Source: an uncultured Bacteroidales bacterium (GTDB taxonomy: Bacteria > Bacteroidota > Bacteroidia > Bacteroidales > ML635J-15). Taken from it: a DNA stretch of 64,000 nt. The stretch covers positions 17,664 to 81,663 of the forward strand of contig CAYUWD010000003.1 of the NCBI GenBank assembly GCA_964448235.1, given 5' to 3'. Below the pieces are notes generated by a model. It had not been told where the DNA came from and did not search any database. It saw nothing but the letters and a program-made list of their open reading frames with translations. Made by a program: the position numbers and the translations under genes. Positions 1-9,200 of the stretch are shown one piece after another; positions within the stretch are counted from its first letter, which is position 1, and every line of letters begins with the position of its first letter.

Positions 1-3000
1 GGGGATTTTACCAACAATGCTACTGCCGGTGGAGACGGTTACTACAGAGTTACTGGTGACTGGATCAACAACAACACATTTAATGCCGGAACTGGTACTG
101 TGTTTCTCGAAGGAGTTACGCAATTACTTGATGGATCTGTTTCTACTTATTTTTATAATCTTGATTTAAGTGGAACAGGCGCCAAAACCCAAACAATAGA
201 TCAATATTGTACTGGAGTTTTAAGCCTTAATGACATTGAATTAAAGACTGAGACCTATGGTTTCTATGTACAAAACACTAGTACTAGTGCAATTACTCTG
301 ACAACGGGTTTTGTATCCAGTTTAAATGGTGGATTCCTTTCAAGAAGAACAAATGTTTCTGACGTTTACTTATTCCCTGTTGGCTCTAGTGTGGGAACAA
401 CAAGGTATCGTCCTGTTGAACTTACACCTAATGCTGTAACTGCAAATACTTATACTGTAAGGCTTGGTAATGCAGATGCAACAACAGAAGGGTATGACAG
501 AAGTTTAATGGCTACCGGTGTTTGTGAAATCAATCCTTTATTTTATCATCAAATAAACAGAACAAACGGAACTGCTGCAGTAGATTTAGATATTTATTAC
601 GACAATGTTGCAGACGGAGATTGGGAAGGTATTTCCAATTGGACTACAGGACCCAACTTATGGGATATTATTGCCGGTAGCTCAACTACCAGCGGAGCAC
701 CACTATATGTTGCCAGTGCTTCTACATGGAATGATTTCTCTGAAATTCCATATGCTCTTTATTCTCCAATTCCAGTTGCTGAGATAAATGCAAATTCTCC
801 AGTTTGTGAAGGAGGAAATGTTGTATTACAAGAAATTGGTGGTGATGCTGTAAGTTGGGACTGGGATGGTCCAAATGGATTTACTTCTACCGACCAAAAT
901 CCAATAATTAGCACAGTTGATCCTGCTGCTAACGGAACATATACTGTAACGGTTACAAATATTTATGGATGTACTGCAACAGACTCTGAAAATGTAAAAG
1001 TTGACGCAGCTGTTGATGCAACAATTACTCCTGACGGACCATTCTGTGTGACAGATGCTGCTGTAACACTAGTAGCAGCTTCAACAGGAGGAACCTGGAC
1101 TGGAAACGGAGTTTCCGGGAACACTTTTGACCCTGCTGTTGCTGGCCCTGGTGATCATACAATTCAGTATGATGTTTCAAACGGTTCTTGCTCTGATATG
1201 GATACAGAAGTTTTTCACGTAGATGATATTGTTGATGCAACAATAACACCAGTTGCTGACCTTTGTGAAACTGAAAGTGCCGTTGCACTTACTGCTGTAG
1301 ATGGTGGAGGAACATGGTCAGGTACTGGAGTATCTGGAAACACATTTAACCCAACTACTGCAGGACCTGGTGACCATATTGTTCAATACGATATTTCAAA
1401 TGGTGCTTGCTCAGACTCAGATACAGAAACCATCCATGTTGATGCTGATGTAGATGCTACAATTGACCCAATTGCAGATCTTTGTATTTCTGAAAGTGCA
1501 ATTACATTAACTGCTGCTGATGCAGGTGGAACTTGGTCTGGTACCGGAGTTTCCGGAGATACATTTGACCCAGCAGTTGCCGGAGCCGGAGATTTTGTTA
1601 TACAATACGATATTACAAATGGAGCTTGTTCAGATTCTGATACCGAAACTGTACATGTTGATACAGATGTTGACGCTACAATTACACCTATTGGTCCATT
1701 TTGTGATAGCGAAGCTGCTGTTGCTTTAACTGCTGTAGATGGCGGTGGAACATGGTCAGGTGATGGTGTTGTTGGAAACAACTTCGATCCTGGATCTGCT
1801 ATTATTGGCTCTAACAATGTTCAATATGAGATTACTAATGGAGCTTGTTCTGATTCAGACAATATTACTGTTACTGTTAATGCTGCTCCCGCAACTCCTG
1901 TTACAAGTATCGATTGTACCGGTGGTGTAGATGCAGGTATTATTACAATAACAGCACCGGTTGGTGCTGATTATGAATACTCAATTGGTGGCCCATATCA
2001 GGCAAGTCCTGTTTTTGGCCCATTAACAAACGGTTCTTATACGGTTACAGTTCAGAATATAACATCTAGCTGTACTACGGTCGGAACACCAATAAATCTT
2101 GATTGTGGATGTTCAAACCCAACATCTCTGACATTATCTGCAACAACAGGAAGCACATGTGGATTAGCTGCTTCTGATGTTACTGCGAATACATTTGGTG
2201 GAAGTGCAACTGAAGTTACCCTCGGACATGATGGAAATGGAACTCTTAACCAAACACTTATAACAACAAGTCCATTCGACTTCACATACACACCCGATGC
2301 TACTGATATTGGAAATACAGTAACAATTACGGTTACTACTGATAACCCTGAAGGAGCTCCATGTAATCCATCTGTACAAACATACGTACTTACTGTACAC
2401 GACCTACCAACTGCTACTGCCGGTAATTCAACTCCTGTTTGTGATGGTGGAGACCTTACTTTAAATGAAACAGGAGGCGATGCTATTTCATGGTCTTGGG
2501 ATGGTCCAAATGCATTCTCTTCTAGTGATCATAATCCTGTATTAAATGGGATTTCAAGTACAGAAGACGGAACTTATAATGTTACAATTCAAGACATTTT
2601 TGGTTGTACAGCAACTGATAATGTTCTAATAACAGTTAATCCTGTTCCGGCAATCATAATTGGAAGTAACTCACCTATTTGCGAAGGTTCAGATCTTAAT
2701 CTTACCGAAACTGGTGGAGATGCAACAATATGGGCATGGTCAGGACCAAGCTCATTTGGAACAGGAACTCACAATCCGGTAATTGTTGCTGCAACCCCTG
2801 CTGCAACAGGATTATACACACTTATTGTAACGGATGTCAACGGATGTACTGCAACTGATAATACTTTAGTCCAGGTAGACACTGACGTTGACGCTACAAT
2901 TACAACTGCAGGTCCGTTCTGTATTTCTGAAACAAGTATTACTCTTGTAGCAAATAGTGCTGGCGGAACTTGGTCAGGTAGTGGTGTTACAGGAGATGTT

Positions 3001-5589
3001 TTTAATCCTTCAACTGCAGGTGCAGGAGACCACATTATACAATATGATGTCACAAACGGTGCTTGCTCTGATACAGATACTGAAACATTGCATGTTGACA
3101 CTGATGTTGATGCTACAATTACTCCTGTTGGCCCATTCTGCGAATCAGAAGCTGCAATAACTTTAACAGCTGTAAATGGGGGTGGAACATGGACAGGAAC
3201 AGGTGTTACTGGTAACCAATTTGACCCTGCAACTGCCGAAGATGGTACGCATAACATTCAATATAATATTACAAATGGTGCTTGCTCCGATTCTGACAAT
3301 ATCGATATTACAGTTAATGCAAATCCAGTAGTACCAACAACCAGTATTGACTGTACAGGTGGTGAAGATGCAGGTATTATTTCTGTTACTGCTCCATTAG
3401 GTGTAGATTATGAATATAATATTGGTTCCGGATATCAAGCTTCTGTTGACTTTGGGCCTTTAACCAACGGAACTTACACTATAACCGTTCAGGATGTAAA
3501 TACAAGTTGTACGACTGAAGGAACTCAAATAAACTTAAATTGTGGTTGTATCAACCCTCCTACACTTAATTTAACAAGTAACACAGGAGCAACTTGCGGA
3601 ACAGATGCAATTACAGTCGAATCAAATAGTTTTGGTGGCAGCGCAACTCAAATAGCAACACTTGATCATAATGGTTATGGTGAGTTAACATCAAGTCCAC
3701 TTACAACAAGTCCGTTTAGTTTTACTTATACCCCAAGTTCAGATGATTTCGGTTCTAATATTATAATAACAATAATAACCGATAATCCAGATGGAGCACC
3801 ATGTATATCCGCTGAAGACACATACACTTTAACAGTATATTCATTACCGGATTTAACTATTGACAGTAATTCTCCAATATGTGAAGGTGGTGATATTACT
3901 CTTTCTGAAACAGGTGGTGATGCTATCTCATGGGATTGGACAGGTCCGGATTTATTTACTTCCGGTGATCAACACCCATCAATTTTAGGAGCGAGCACTG
4001 ATGCTTCTGGCACATATACTGTCGTGATTGAAGATGCTAACTTGTGTACAAATACTGCTGATATTGAAGTAACGGTTAATGAAAATCCAACAATACCAAC
4101 AGCATCTGTAGATTGTTCCGGAGGAACAGATAATGGAATTATTACTGTAACAGCTCCATTGGGTGCTGAATATGAATACTCTATTGGTGGACCATTCCAA
4201 TCTGAGGTAACATTTGGATCGCTTTCAAATGGAAACTACACATTAACCGTAACAGACGTAAACACAAGCTGTACATCGGTAAGTGATTTAATAAATGTAG
4301 ATTGCGGATGTATTGATCCTCCAACAATAACATTAGATGCTAATACCGCTTCTGCTTGTAGTACAGACGACGTTACTGTAACCGGAAATGAATTTGGTGG
4401 TAGTGCAACAGAAGTAAGCCTTGCTCATGATGGTAATGGGACATTAGACCAAACAACAATATCAACAAGTCCGTTTAACTTCACTTACACACCTGATGCA
4501 AGTGATATTGGAACAGATGTAACCGTTACAATAACAACCGACAATCCAAATGGTTCTCCTTGTAGTGTTGCTGTGGAAACTGTTGTAATAACAATTTACG
4601 ACGCACCAACAGTAAATACAGGAAATAACTCTCCGGTTTGTGAAGGCGATGATGTTACACTAAATGAAACAGGTGGTGATGCAATCGATTGGTTCTGGGA
4701 AGGTCCAAACAGTTTTGCATCAACAGATCAAAATCCAACAATAACAGCTGCTACAACTTCTGCGATTGGATCATATACAGTTACCATTACAGATGCAAAT
4801 GGTTGTTCAGCATCAGACAATGTAAGTGTTCTTGTAATAGTTTCTTCAGATGCTAGCATTACAGAACCAGGAAATATTTGTTCGGGTACTCTGCCATTCG
4901 ATTTAGTTGCTGCAACAGCAGGTGGAACCTGGAGTGGAGACGGCGTTGATCCTGAAACTGGTGAATTTGATCCTGAAACTGCAGGTGTTGGCACACATGA
5001 AATTATCTATACAATTAGCGGTTCATGTGGAGATGCAGATACAATATATCTAAGTATTATTCAACAAGCTGATGCATCAATAACAATTACGAGCGATCTT
5101 GATACAATGTTTTTATCCAATCCTGCTGTAATTTTAACTGCAAGTGACTTGGGTGGAATCTGGACTGGTGATGGCACAGATCCAATAACAGGAGAGTTTA
5201 CCCCATCAATTGCTGATTTAGGTTCACATAATATTTATTATGAAATAGATGATCCATGTGGAGATATTGATAGCATTTTAATTGTAGTTATTCCTGATCC
5301 TATTCCTGATCTTGTTATTCCTGATGTATTAACTCCAAATAATGATGGATATAATGATACATGGAGAATCCAGGGAATAAGAGCATTTGAAAATGTAACC
5401 ATTGTAATATTTAACCGTTGGGGAGACGAAGTCTTTGAGTTCTCAGGAACAGGTGATGCTTATTTTGAATTGCAAAATCAATTCGATGGTATCAGAAACG
5501 ATAAAGAACTACCATTCGGCACATATGTATATCTGCTCGAACTGGATAATGAAGAAGTTTATAAAGGAACCCTAACAATCATTCGTTAA
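1..5589 (+). CDS. Giant modular cell-surface repeat protein with a T9SS type-B (gliding-motility-associated, CHU_C-like) C-terminal sorting domain; 5' end lies outside the window
   Basis: Frame 1 has no stop from nt 1 to the GTG at 100 used by the ORF track, so the gene is 5'-truncated. The body is built of Ig-like modules. The last ~90 aa (VLTPNNDGYNDTWRI...FNRWGDEVFE...GTYVYLLEL...GTLTIIR) fit the type-B CTD pattern. Confidence 0.85.
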   Translation, partial: GDFTNNATAGGDGYYRVTGDWINNNTFNAGTGTVFLEGVTQLLDGSVSTYFYNLDLSGTGAKTQTIDQYCTGVLSLNDIELKTETYGFYVQNTSTSAITLTTGFVSSLNGGFLSRRTNVSDVYLFPVGSSVGTTRYRPVELTPNAVTANTYTVRLGNADATTEGYDRSLMATGVCEINPLFYHQINRTNGTAAVDLDIYYDNVADGDWEGISNWTTGPNLWDIIAGSSTTSGAPLYVASASTWNDFSEIPYALYSPIPVAEINANSPVCEGGNVVLQEIGGDAVSWDWDGPNGFTSTDQNPIISTVDPAANGTYTVTVTNIYGCTATDSENVKVDAAVDATITPDGPFCVTDAAVTLVAASTGGTWTGNGVSGNTFDPAVAGPGDHTIQYDVSNGSCSDMDTEVFHVDDIVDATITPVADLCETESAVALTAVDGGGTWSGTGVSGNTFNPTTAGPGDHIVQYDISNGACSDSDTETIHVDADVDATIDPIADLCISESAITLTAADAGGTWSGTGVSGDTFDPAVAGAGDFVIQYDITNGACSDSDTETVHVDTDVDATITPIGPFCDSEAAVALTAVDGGGTWSGDGVVGNNFDPGSAIIGSNNVQYEITNGACSDSDNITVTVNAAPATPVTSIDCTGGVDAGIITITAPVGADYEYSIGGPYQASPVFGPLTNGSYTVTVQNITSSCTTVGTPINLDCGCSNPTSLTLSATTGSTCGLAASDVTANTFGGSATEVTLGHDGNGTLNQTLITTSPFDFTYTPDATDIGNTVTITVTTDNPEGAPCNPSVQTYVLTVHDLPTATAGNSTPVCDGGDLTLNETGGDAISWSWDGPNAFSSSDHNPVLNGISSTEDGTYNVTIQDIFGCTATDNVLITVNPVPAIIIGSNSPICEGSDLNLTETGGDATIWAWSGPSSFGTGTHNPVIVAATPAATGLYTLIVTDVNGCTATDNTLVQVDTDVDATITTAGPFCISETSITLVANSAGGTWSGSGVTGDVFNPSTAGAGDHIIQYDVTNGACSDTDTETLHVDTDVDATITPVGPFCESEAAITLTAVNGGGTWTGTGVTGNQFDPATAEDGTHNIQYNITNGACSDSDNIDITVNANPVVPTTSIDCTGGEDAGIISVTAPLGVDYEYNIGSGYQASVDFGPLTNGTYTITVQDVNTSCTTEGTQINLNCGCINPPTLNLTSNTGATCGTDAITVESNSFGGSATQIATLDHNGYGELTSSPLTTSPFSFTYTPSSDDFGSNIIITIITDNPDGAPCISAEDTYTLTVYSLPDLTIDSNSPICEGGDITLSETGGDAISWDWTGPDLFTSGDQHPSILGASTDASGTYTVVIEDANLCTNTADIEVTVNENPTIPTASVDCSGGTDNGIITVTAPLGAEYEYSIGGPFQSEVTFGSLSNGNYTLTVTDVNTSCTSVSDLINVDCGCIDPPTITLDANTASACSTDDVTVTGNEFGGSATEVSLAHDGNGTLDQTTISTSPFNFTYTPDASDIGTDVTVTITTDNPNGSPCSVAVETVVITIYDAPTVNTGNNSPVCEGDDVTLNETGGDAIDWFWEGPNSFASTDQNPTITAATTSAIGSYTVTITDANGCSASDNVSVLVIVSSDASITEPGNICSGTLPFDLVAATAGGTWSGDGVDPETGEFDPETAGVGTHEIIYTISGSCGDADTIYLSIIQQADASITITSDLDTMFLSNPAVILTASDLGGIWTGDGTDPITGEFTPSIADLGSHNIYYEIDDPCGDIDSILIVVIPDPIPDLVIPDVLTPNNDGYNDTWRIQGIRAFENVTIVIFNRWGDEVFEFSGTGDAYFELQNQFDGIRNDKELPFGTYVYLLELDNEEVYKGTLTIIR
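1012..1887 (+). repeat. Four tandem in-frame 219-nt (73-aa) coding repeats inside the adhesin gene
   Basis: Unit starts read at 1012, 1231, 1450 and 1669 (gttgatgca / gtagatgct / gttgacgct). Each encodes VDATI(T/D)P..(PF/DL)C....GGTW(S/T)G.GV.GN.F(D/N)P..AG.GD..IQYD..NG(A/S)CSD.D. Confidence 0.85.
2887..3324 (+). repeat. Two more copies of the 219-nt coding repeat
   Basis: Units start at 2887 (gttgacgct) and 3106 (gttgatgct), with the same 73-aa VDATITP...NGACSD pattern. Confidence 0.8.
3319..4842 (+). repeat. Two directly tandem 762-nt (254-aa) super-repeats; a third copy lies at 1882..2640
   Basis: Copies start at 3319 (ANPVVPTTSIDCTGG) and 4081 (ENPTIPTASVDCSGG); the earlier copy starts at 1882 (AAPATPVTSIDCTGG). 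Each holds three sub-modules: IDCTGG...CGC, then FGGSAT...TTDNP.G.PC, then SP.C.G.D..L.ETGGDAISW.W.GP..F. Confidence 0.8.
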
Positions 5590-5600
5590 AATATATAGAC

Positions 5601-6515
5601 ATGAAGAAAGTATTAATATCAATAATCGCATTAGTTTGTTTGTCTACAACAGGTTTTTCACAGCAATTACCTTTGTATAGTCAGTACATGTTTAACAGAC
5701 TATTATTGAACCCTGGTGTTACAGGTAGTACTAATGCTATAGAAATAAGACTTACTGCCCGACAACAATGGGTTGGCATTGATAAAGCCCCTAGCACTCA
5801 GATAATTAGCGGTCACTTAAAGTTAAAAAATGAAACGATGGGAGTTGGAGGTGTAATATTTGCCGATAGATTTGGACCTGAATCCAGAATTGGCTTTCAG
5901 GGAAATTACGCATATATTTTACCTGTTTTTAACGAAGATGCCCGTTTAGCATTCGGTTTATCATTTCAGGTATTTCAATATCAAATGGATTACTCAAATT
6001 TTACATCTCTGGATGCTGATGATCCGGTTTTGATATACAATGTTGAAAATGCATGGTTACCGGAAAGTGATTTTGGACTATATCTATATAGTGATAAGTA
6101 TTTTGCGGGGATTTCAGCCAATCAAATGATAGAACTACCAGTAAAAATAGGTGGAGAAGAAATTGAAATGAATTCACTAATTAGACATTATCACCTTATC
6201 GGTGGATATAAATTTGCCCTTAGTGGAGATTTCGAACTAGAACCATCAACATTATTAAAAGGAACTTTCATTACTCCTTTCCAAGCTGACATTAATTTTA
6301 AAGGTATTTATAAAAAAGATTATTGGCTTGCACTTTCTTACAGAACATCAGGTGATATTATCACAATGGTTGGCTTAACATACAAAGATTTTGTTTTCGG
6401 CTTTGCGTATGATATAGTAACATCGAAGTTATCAAATTACCAAAGTGGAACTTTCGAACTAATGTTAGGATATGACATTCCGTTTGGTGACGATTCAGGA
6501 AGAAGTAGATTTTAA
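5601..6515 (+). CDS. PorP/SprF-family type IX secretion system membrane protein
   Basis: Signal peptide, then the family-typical N-terminus QQLPLYSQYMFNRLLLNPGVTG. About 300 aa of beta-barrel-like sequence. It sits 12 nt downstream of a type-B CTD cargo gene, the usual cargo/PorP pairing. Confidence 0.85.
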   Translation: MKKVLISIIALVCLSTTGFSQQLPLYSQYMFNRLLLNPGVTGSTNAIEIRLTARQQWVGIDKAPSTQIISGHLKLKNETMGVGGVIFADRFGPESRIGFQGNYAYILPVFNEDARLAFGLSFQVFQYQMDYSNFTSLDADDPVLIYNVENAWLPESDFGLYLYSDKYFAGISANQMIELPVKIGGEEIEMNSLIRHYHLIGGYKFALSGDFELEPSTLLKGTFITPFQADINFKGIYKKDYWLALSYRTSGDIITMVGLTYKDFVFGFAYDIVTSKLSNYQSGTFELMLGYDIPFGDDSGRSRF

Positions 6516-6556
6516 TTAGAATAAACAATTTGAAATAAAATAAAAACCTTATAATT

Positions 6557-8599
6557 ATGAGAAACAAATTAAACAATTCAGGATTCCCATTTGAAAAGCT
6601 TTCTAAAGGAATGCACAATATCATTTGGATTTTTAGCCTAGTAACGTTAATCGTATTTTCTAATATGACACAGGCTCAAAATGTTGGTGTAAATACTACT
6701 ACTCCTGATGCATCTGCAATGCTAGATGTAGTATCAACAACTTCAGGTATGTTGGTTCCAAGAATGACTATGGCTCAAAGAGATGCTATTACATTACCAG
6801 CAACCAGTTTATTAATTTATCAATCAGACAACACTCCTGGTTTTTACTATAACTCAGGAACCCCTGCTGCTCCTGTATGGGTAATGATTGGTGGTGGAGC
6901 TGCAGGTGAATGGACAGATGCAGGCGATTACCTTCATCCTAACGAAAACACAGATGCTCAGGTTTGGGAAGATAATGACATTTATGGATTTTACTATTCC
7001 GGTTTAGCAGATAATGCAGGTTACTTCGAAAGTACTGAAACATCTGTTGACAATACTGGTGTTTATGGAGCTTGCGACAATACGAGTGGATATGGCTTTG
7101 GAGGAATTTTTTCTGGCGGATATCTTGGAGTTGCCGGTCTTGGCGACACATTAGGTGTAAATGGTATAGTTAATAATCCTAAAGGATACGCTATTTATGG
7201 AACAAACTCTGATGCTGTTGGAACAGCAATTTTTGGAATAGGTAACGGAATAAATGGTAGCTATTTGACAAATGGTAGTGGTGTCGCAGGAAGTAGCAAT
7301 AATGTAGGTGTTTATGGATATGGAGATGCAACAGCCGAATCAAATGGCGTTTACGGCACATCTGAAGCTACTGATGGGATTGGTACTACTGGCGTAAGTG
7401 AAAATATTGGAGTTTTAGGATTAGGCGGAACAACATCCGGCTCAATTGGTGTTTATGCAAAAAGTAAAGCTTCTGACGGTATTGGAATCTTTTCGATAGG
7501 AAACAACGCAACATCATATACTGCTACTAACGGTGCTGGCGCTGTTTTTAATGGAAATGACGGCGCACATGCTTATGGAAATATTAGTACTGGAACTGGA
7601 CTAATTGCTGTTGGTAATGATGCTCCAACTATTTCTAATCTAACCGCAGGCACGGGCGTTGCCGGAACAAGTACAGTTGCTGGAGTTTATGGCTTTGGAG
7701 ATAATACCGGTGTTGAGCCCAAAGGAGTCTATGGATCTACAAACGCACTTGACGGAATAGCTGTTTTCGGAGTTAATGGTTCGATAGGTGCAAATGCTTA
7801 TGCTATATACGGACAGGTTGGTGATGGAAATGCAAACTTAGTCGATGCTGTGGCTGTAATGGGTTTTAACCGAGAACAAGATCCATTTTATGGTTTTGGT
7901 GGATATTTTTCGGCTGAATGGAGCGGTATTTATGCCGAAAGTAGAACAGGAAGCGGATATGCAGCGTCTTTTTCTGGTGACACCTATTCAACTGGTGATG
8001 TTGGAGGAGCATCTAAAAGTTTTGTAATTGACAATCCCGAAAATCCTGAAAACGAAGTACTCAGACACACTTCAATCGAATCACCTGAAGCATTAGTTGT
8101 ATATCGTGGAAAAATCAAACTTAATAACAACGGAGAAGGGATTGTAGAAATGCCTTCTTACTTCAAATCACTCACTAAAGAAAACGAAGCAACTGTTCAA
8201 ATCACTTGCGTTGGACATCCGTTTGGTATTGGTTATGAGTGGAACAACGACTTTAACTCTTTTGTTGTTTATGGTGAGGGAAATCGCGAAATCTCCTGGA
8301 TGGTTATGGCAGACAGAGATGATCCCTATATGAAAGAAAATAGAAAACCCGTAATTATTCAAAAAAATGGTGGTGATAAAGGATATAAAGTGGGCTACTA
8401 TATTCATCCCGAAGCTTATGGCAAACCAAAAGAAATGGGATATAACTACCTATGGAATCAGAAAAACAGAAATTTCCCTGCTGCGAATAAAACAACAACA
8501 TCATCAAGAACTATATATGAAGATAATAGCGAAATAATAAAAGATACTAAACGCAATCAACTCTCTAAACAAAAAACAATTCCAAATAAAAACAAATAA
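6557..8599 (+). CDS. Secreted Gly-rich fibre / beta-solenoid-like protein (tail-fibre-like architecture), function unknown
   Basis: Signal peptide MHNIIWIFSLVTLIVFSNMTQAQ; an alternative ATG at 6611 would place it at the N-terminus. N-terminal SAMLDVVSTTSGMLVPRMTMAQRDAI motif. About 330 aa of irregular G(V/I)(Y/F)G repeats. C-terminal SFVIDNPENPENEVLRHTSIESPE module. No T9SS CTD. Confidence 0.6.
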   Translation: MRNKLNNSGFPFEKLSKGMHNIIWIFSLVTLIVFSNMTQAQNVGVNTTTPDASAMLDVVSTTSGMLVPRMTMAQRDAITLPATSLLIYQSDNTPGFYYNSGTPAAPVWVMIGGGAAGEWTDAGDYLHPNENTDAQVWEDNDIYGFYYSGLADNAGYFESTETSVDNTGVYGACDNTSGYGFGGIFSGGYLGVAGLGDTLGVNGIVNNPKGYAIYGTNSDAVGTAIFGIGNGINGSYLTNGSGVAGSSNNVGVYGYGDATAESNGVYGTSEATDGIGTTGVSENIGVLGLGGTTSGSIGVYAKSKASDGIGIFSIGNNATSYTATNGAGAVFNGNDGAHAYGNISTGTGLIAVGNDAPTISNLTAGTGVAGTSTVAGVYGFGDNTGVEPKGVYGSTNALDGIAVFGVNGSIGANAYAIYGQVGDGNANLVDAVAVMGFNREQDPFYGFGGYFSAEWSGIYAESRTGSGYAASFSGDTYSTGDVGGASKSFVIDNPENPENEVLRHTSIESPEALVVYRGKIKLNNNGEGIVEMPSYFKSLTKENEATVQITCVGHPFGIGYEWNNDFNSFVVYGEGNREISWMVMADRDDPYMKENRKPVIIQKNGGDKGYKVGYYIHPEAYGKPKEMGYNYLWNQKNRNFPAANKTTTSSRTIYEDNSEIIKDTKRNQLSKQKTIPNKNK

Positions 8600-8610
8600 T
8601 TAAAACATAA

Positions 8611-8637
8611 AGTGGGACACTTTGTCCCACTTTTTTT
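8611..8637 (+). terminator. Rho-independent terminator
   Basis: agtgggac-acttt-gtcccact (8-bp GC-containing stem) followed by a T7 run, 12 nt after the stop at 8599. Confidence 0.8.
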
Positions 8638-8681
8638 AAACAATAATCTCACTCTTCTGTTATTCATTTAGAATAAAACCT

Positions 8682-8689
8682 TAATTTTG
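8682..8689 (+). promoter_or_regulatory. Candidate Bacteroidetes sigma-A -7 box (TAATTTTG)
   Basis: Matches the TAnnTTTG consensus. It lies only 5 nt upstream of the GTG at 8694, implying a near-leaderless mRNA or a slightly different start. Confidence 0.3.
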
Positions 8690-8693
8690 CAAA

Positions 8694-9155
8694 GTGAAAT
8701 TGATAAAAACCATATTTGCTATTCTAGCCTCATTATTAACTTTAATGGGGACTAATGGTTTTATTCTTGAAAAATACTTCTGTACAGGATGTCATCAAGA
8801 AAGACAAGAGGTACAGTTTTTCGAGTTTGGAGAGATAAATCATAATCATGTGCATTGTGAAGACTGTCACGATTCTCACCATACTTGTAATTGCCATTTA
8901 GATGACCACTTAAATAATTCTGAAATTTCATATATTTCATTTGATGTATTATTTAGTAATAGTGAGAAACCTGAAGTAAATAAGACTACACAATTCACGC
9001 AATTAAACAAGTTGTTTAAAAATCTTATCTTAAATGCTGATATTGATTTTAATGGATTTGTTAAAAATAAATACTTAATAAAAATCCCCCCTTTATTATT
9101 TAAAAATATTTCAAGTACAAACTTTTGTGCTTCAACATCCTATTTCCGTTTATGA
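8694..9155 (+). CDS. Small membrane-anchored Cys/His-rich protein (putative metal-binding), function unknown
   Basis: GTG start. N-terminal hydrophobic helix, then FCTGCHQ...HNHVHCEDCHDSHHTCNCHLDDH. Directly upstream of a TonB-dependent receptor. Confidence 0.5.
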   Translation: MKLIKTIFAILASLLTLMGTNGFILEKYFCTGCHQERQEVQFFEFGEINHNHVHCEDCHDSHHTCNCHLDDHLNNSEISYISFDVLFSNSEKPEVNKTTQFTQLNKLFKNLILNADIDFNGFVKNKYLIKIPPLLFKNISSTNFCASTSYFRL

Positions 9156-9200
9156 TAAATTATGTGATTATAATTTATTAATTCATTAAATTTTAAAGAA

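Noticed and set aside
1012-1887. Regular 219-nt periodicity that might at first suggest a repeat array such as CRISPR or a satellite.
   Set aside because: The units are in frame within a continuous ORF, diverge like protein domains, and have no short conserved repeat with unique spacers. They are coding domain repeats.
1025-4994. Long antisense ORFs inside the giant adhesin gene (1025..1288, 1383..1817, 2052..2400, 2769..3257, 3985..4200, 4728..4994 on the minus strand), plus short same-strand out-of-frame ORFs.
   Set aside because: They lie entirely within a gene whose sense frame has clear domain structure and a T9SS CTD. Their products are low-complexity mirror images of the repeats (runs of V/S/T/P/A). 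Long stop-free antisense frames are expected from the biased Gly/Thr/Asp/Ala codon content.
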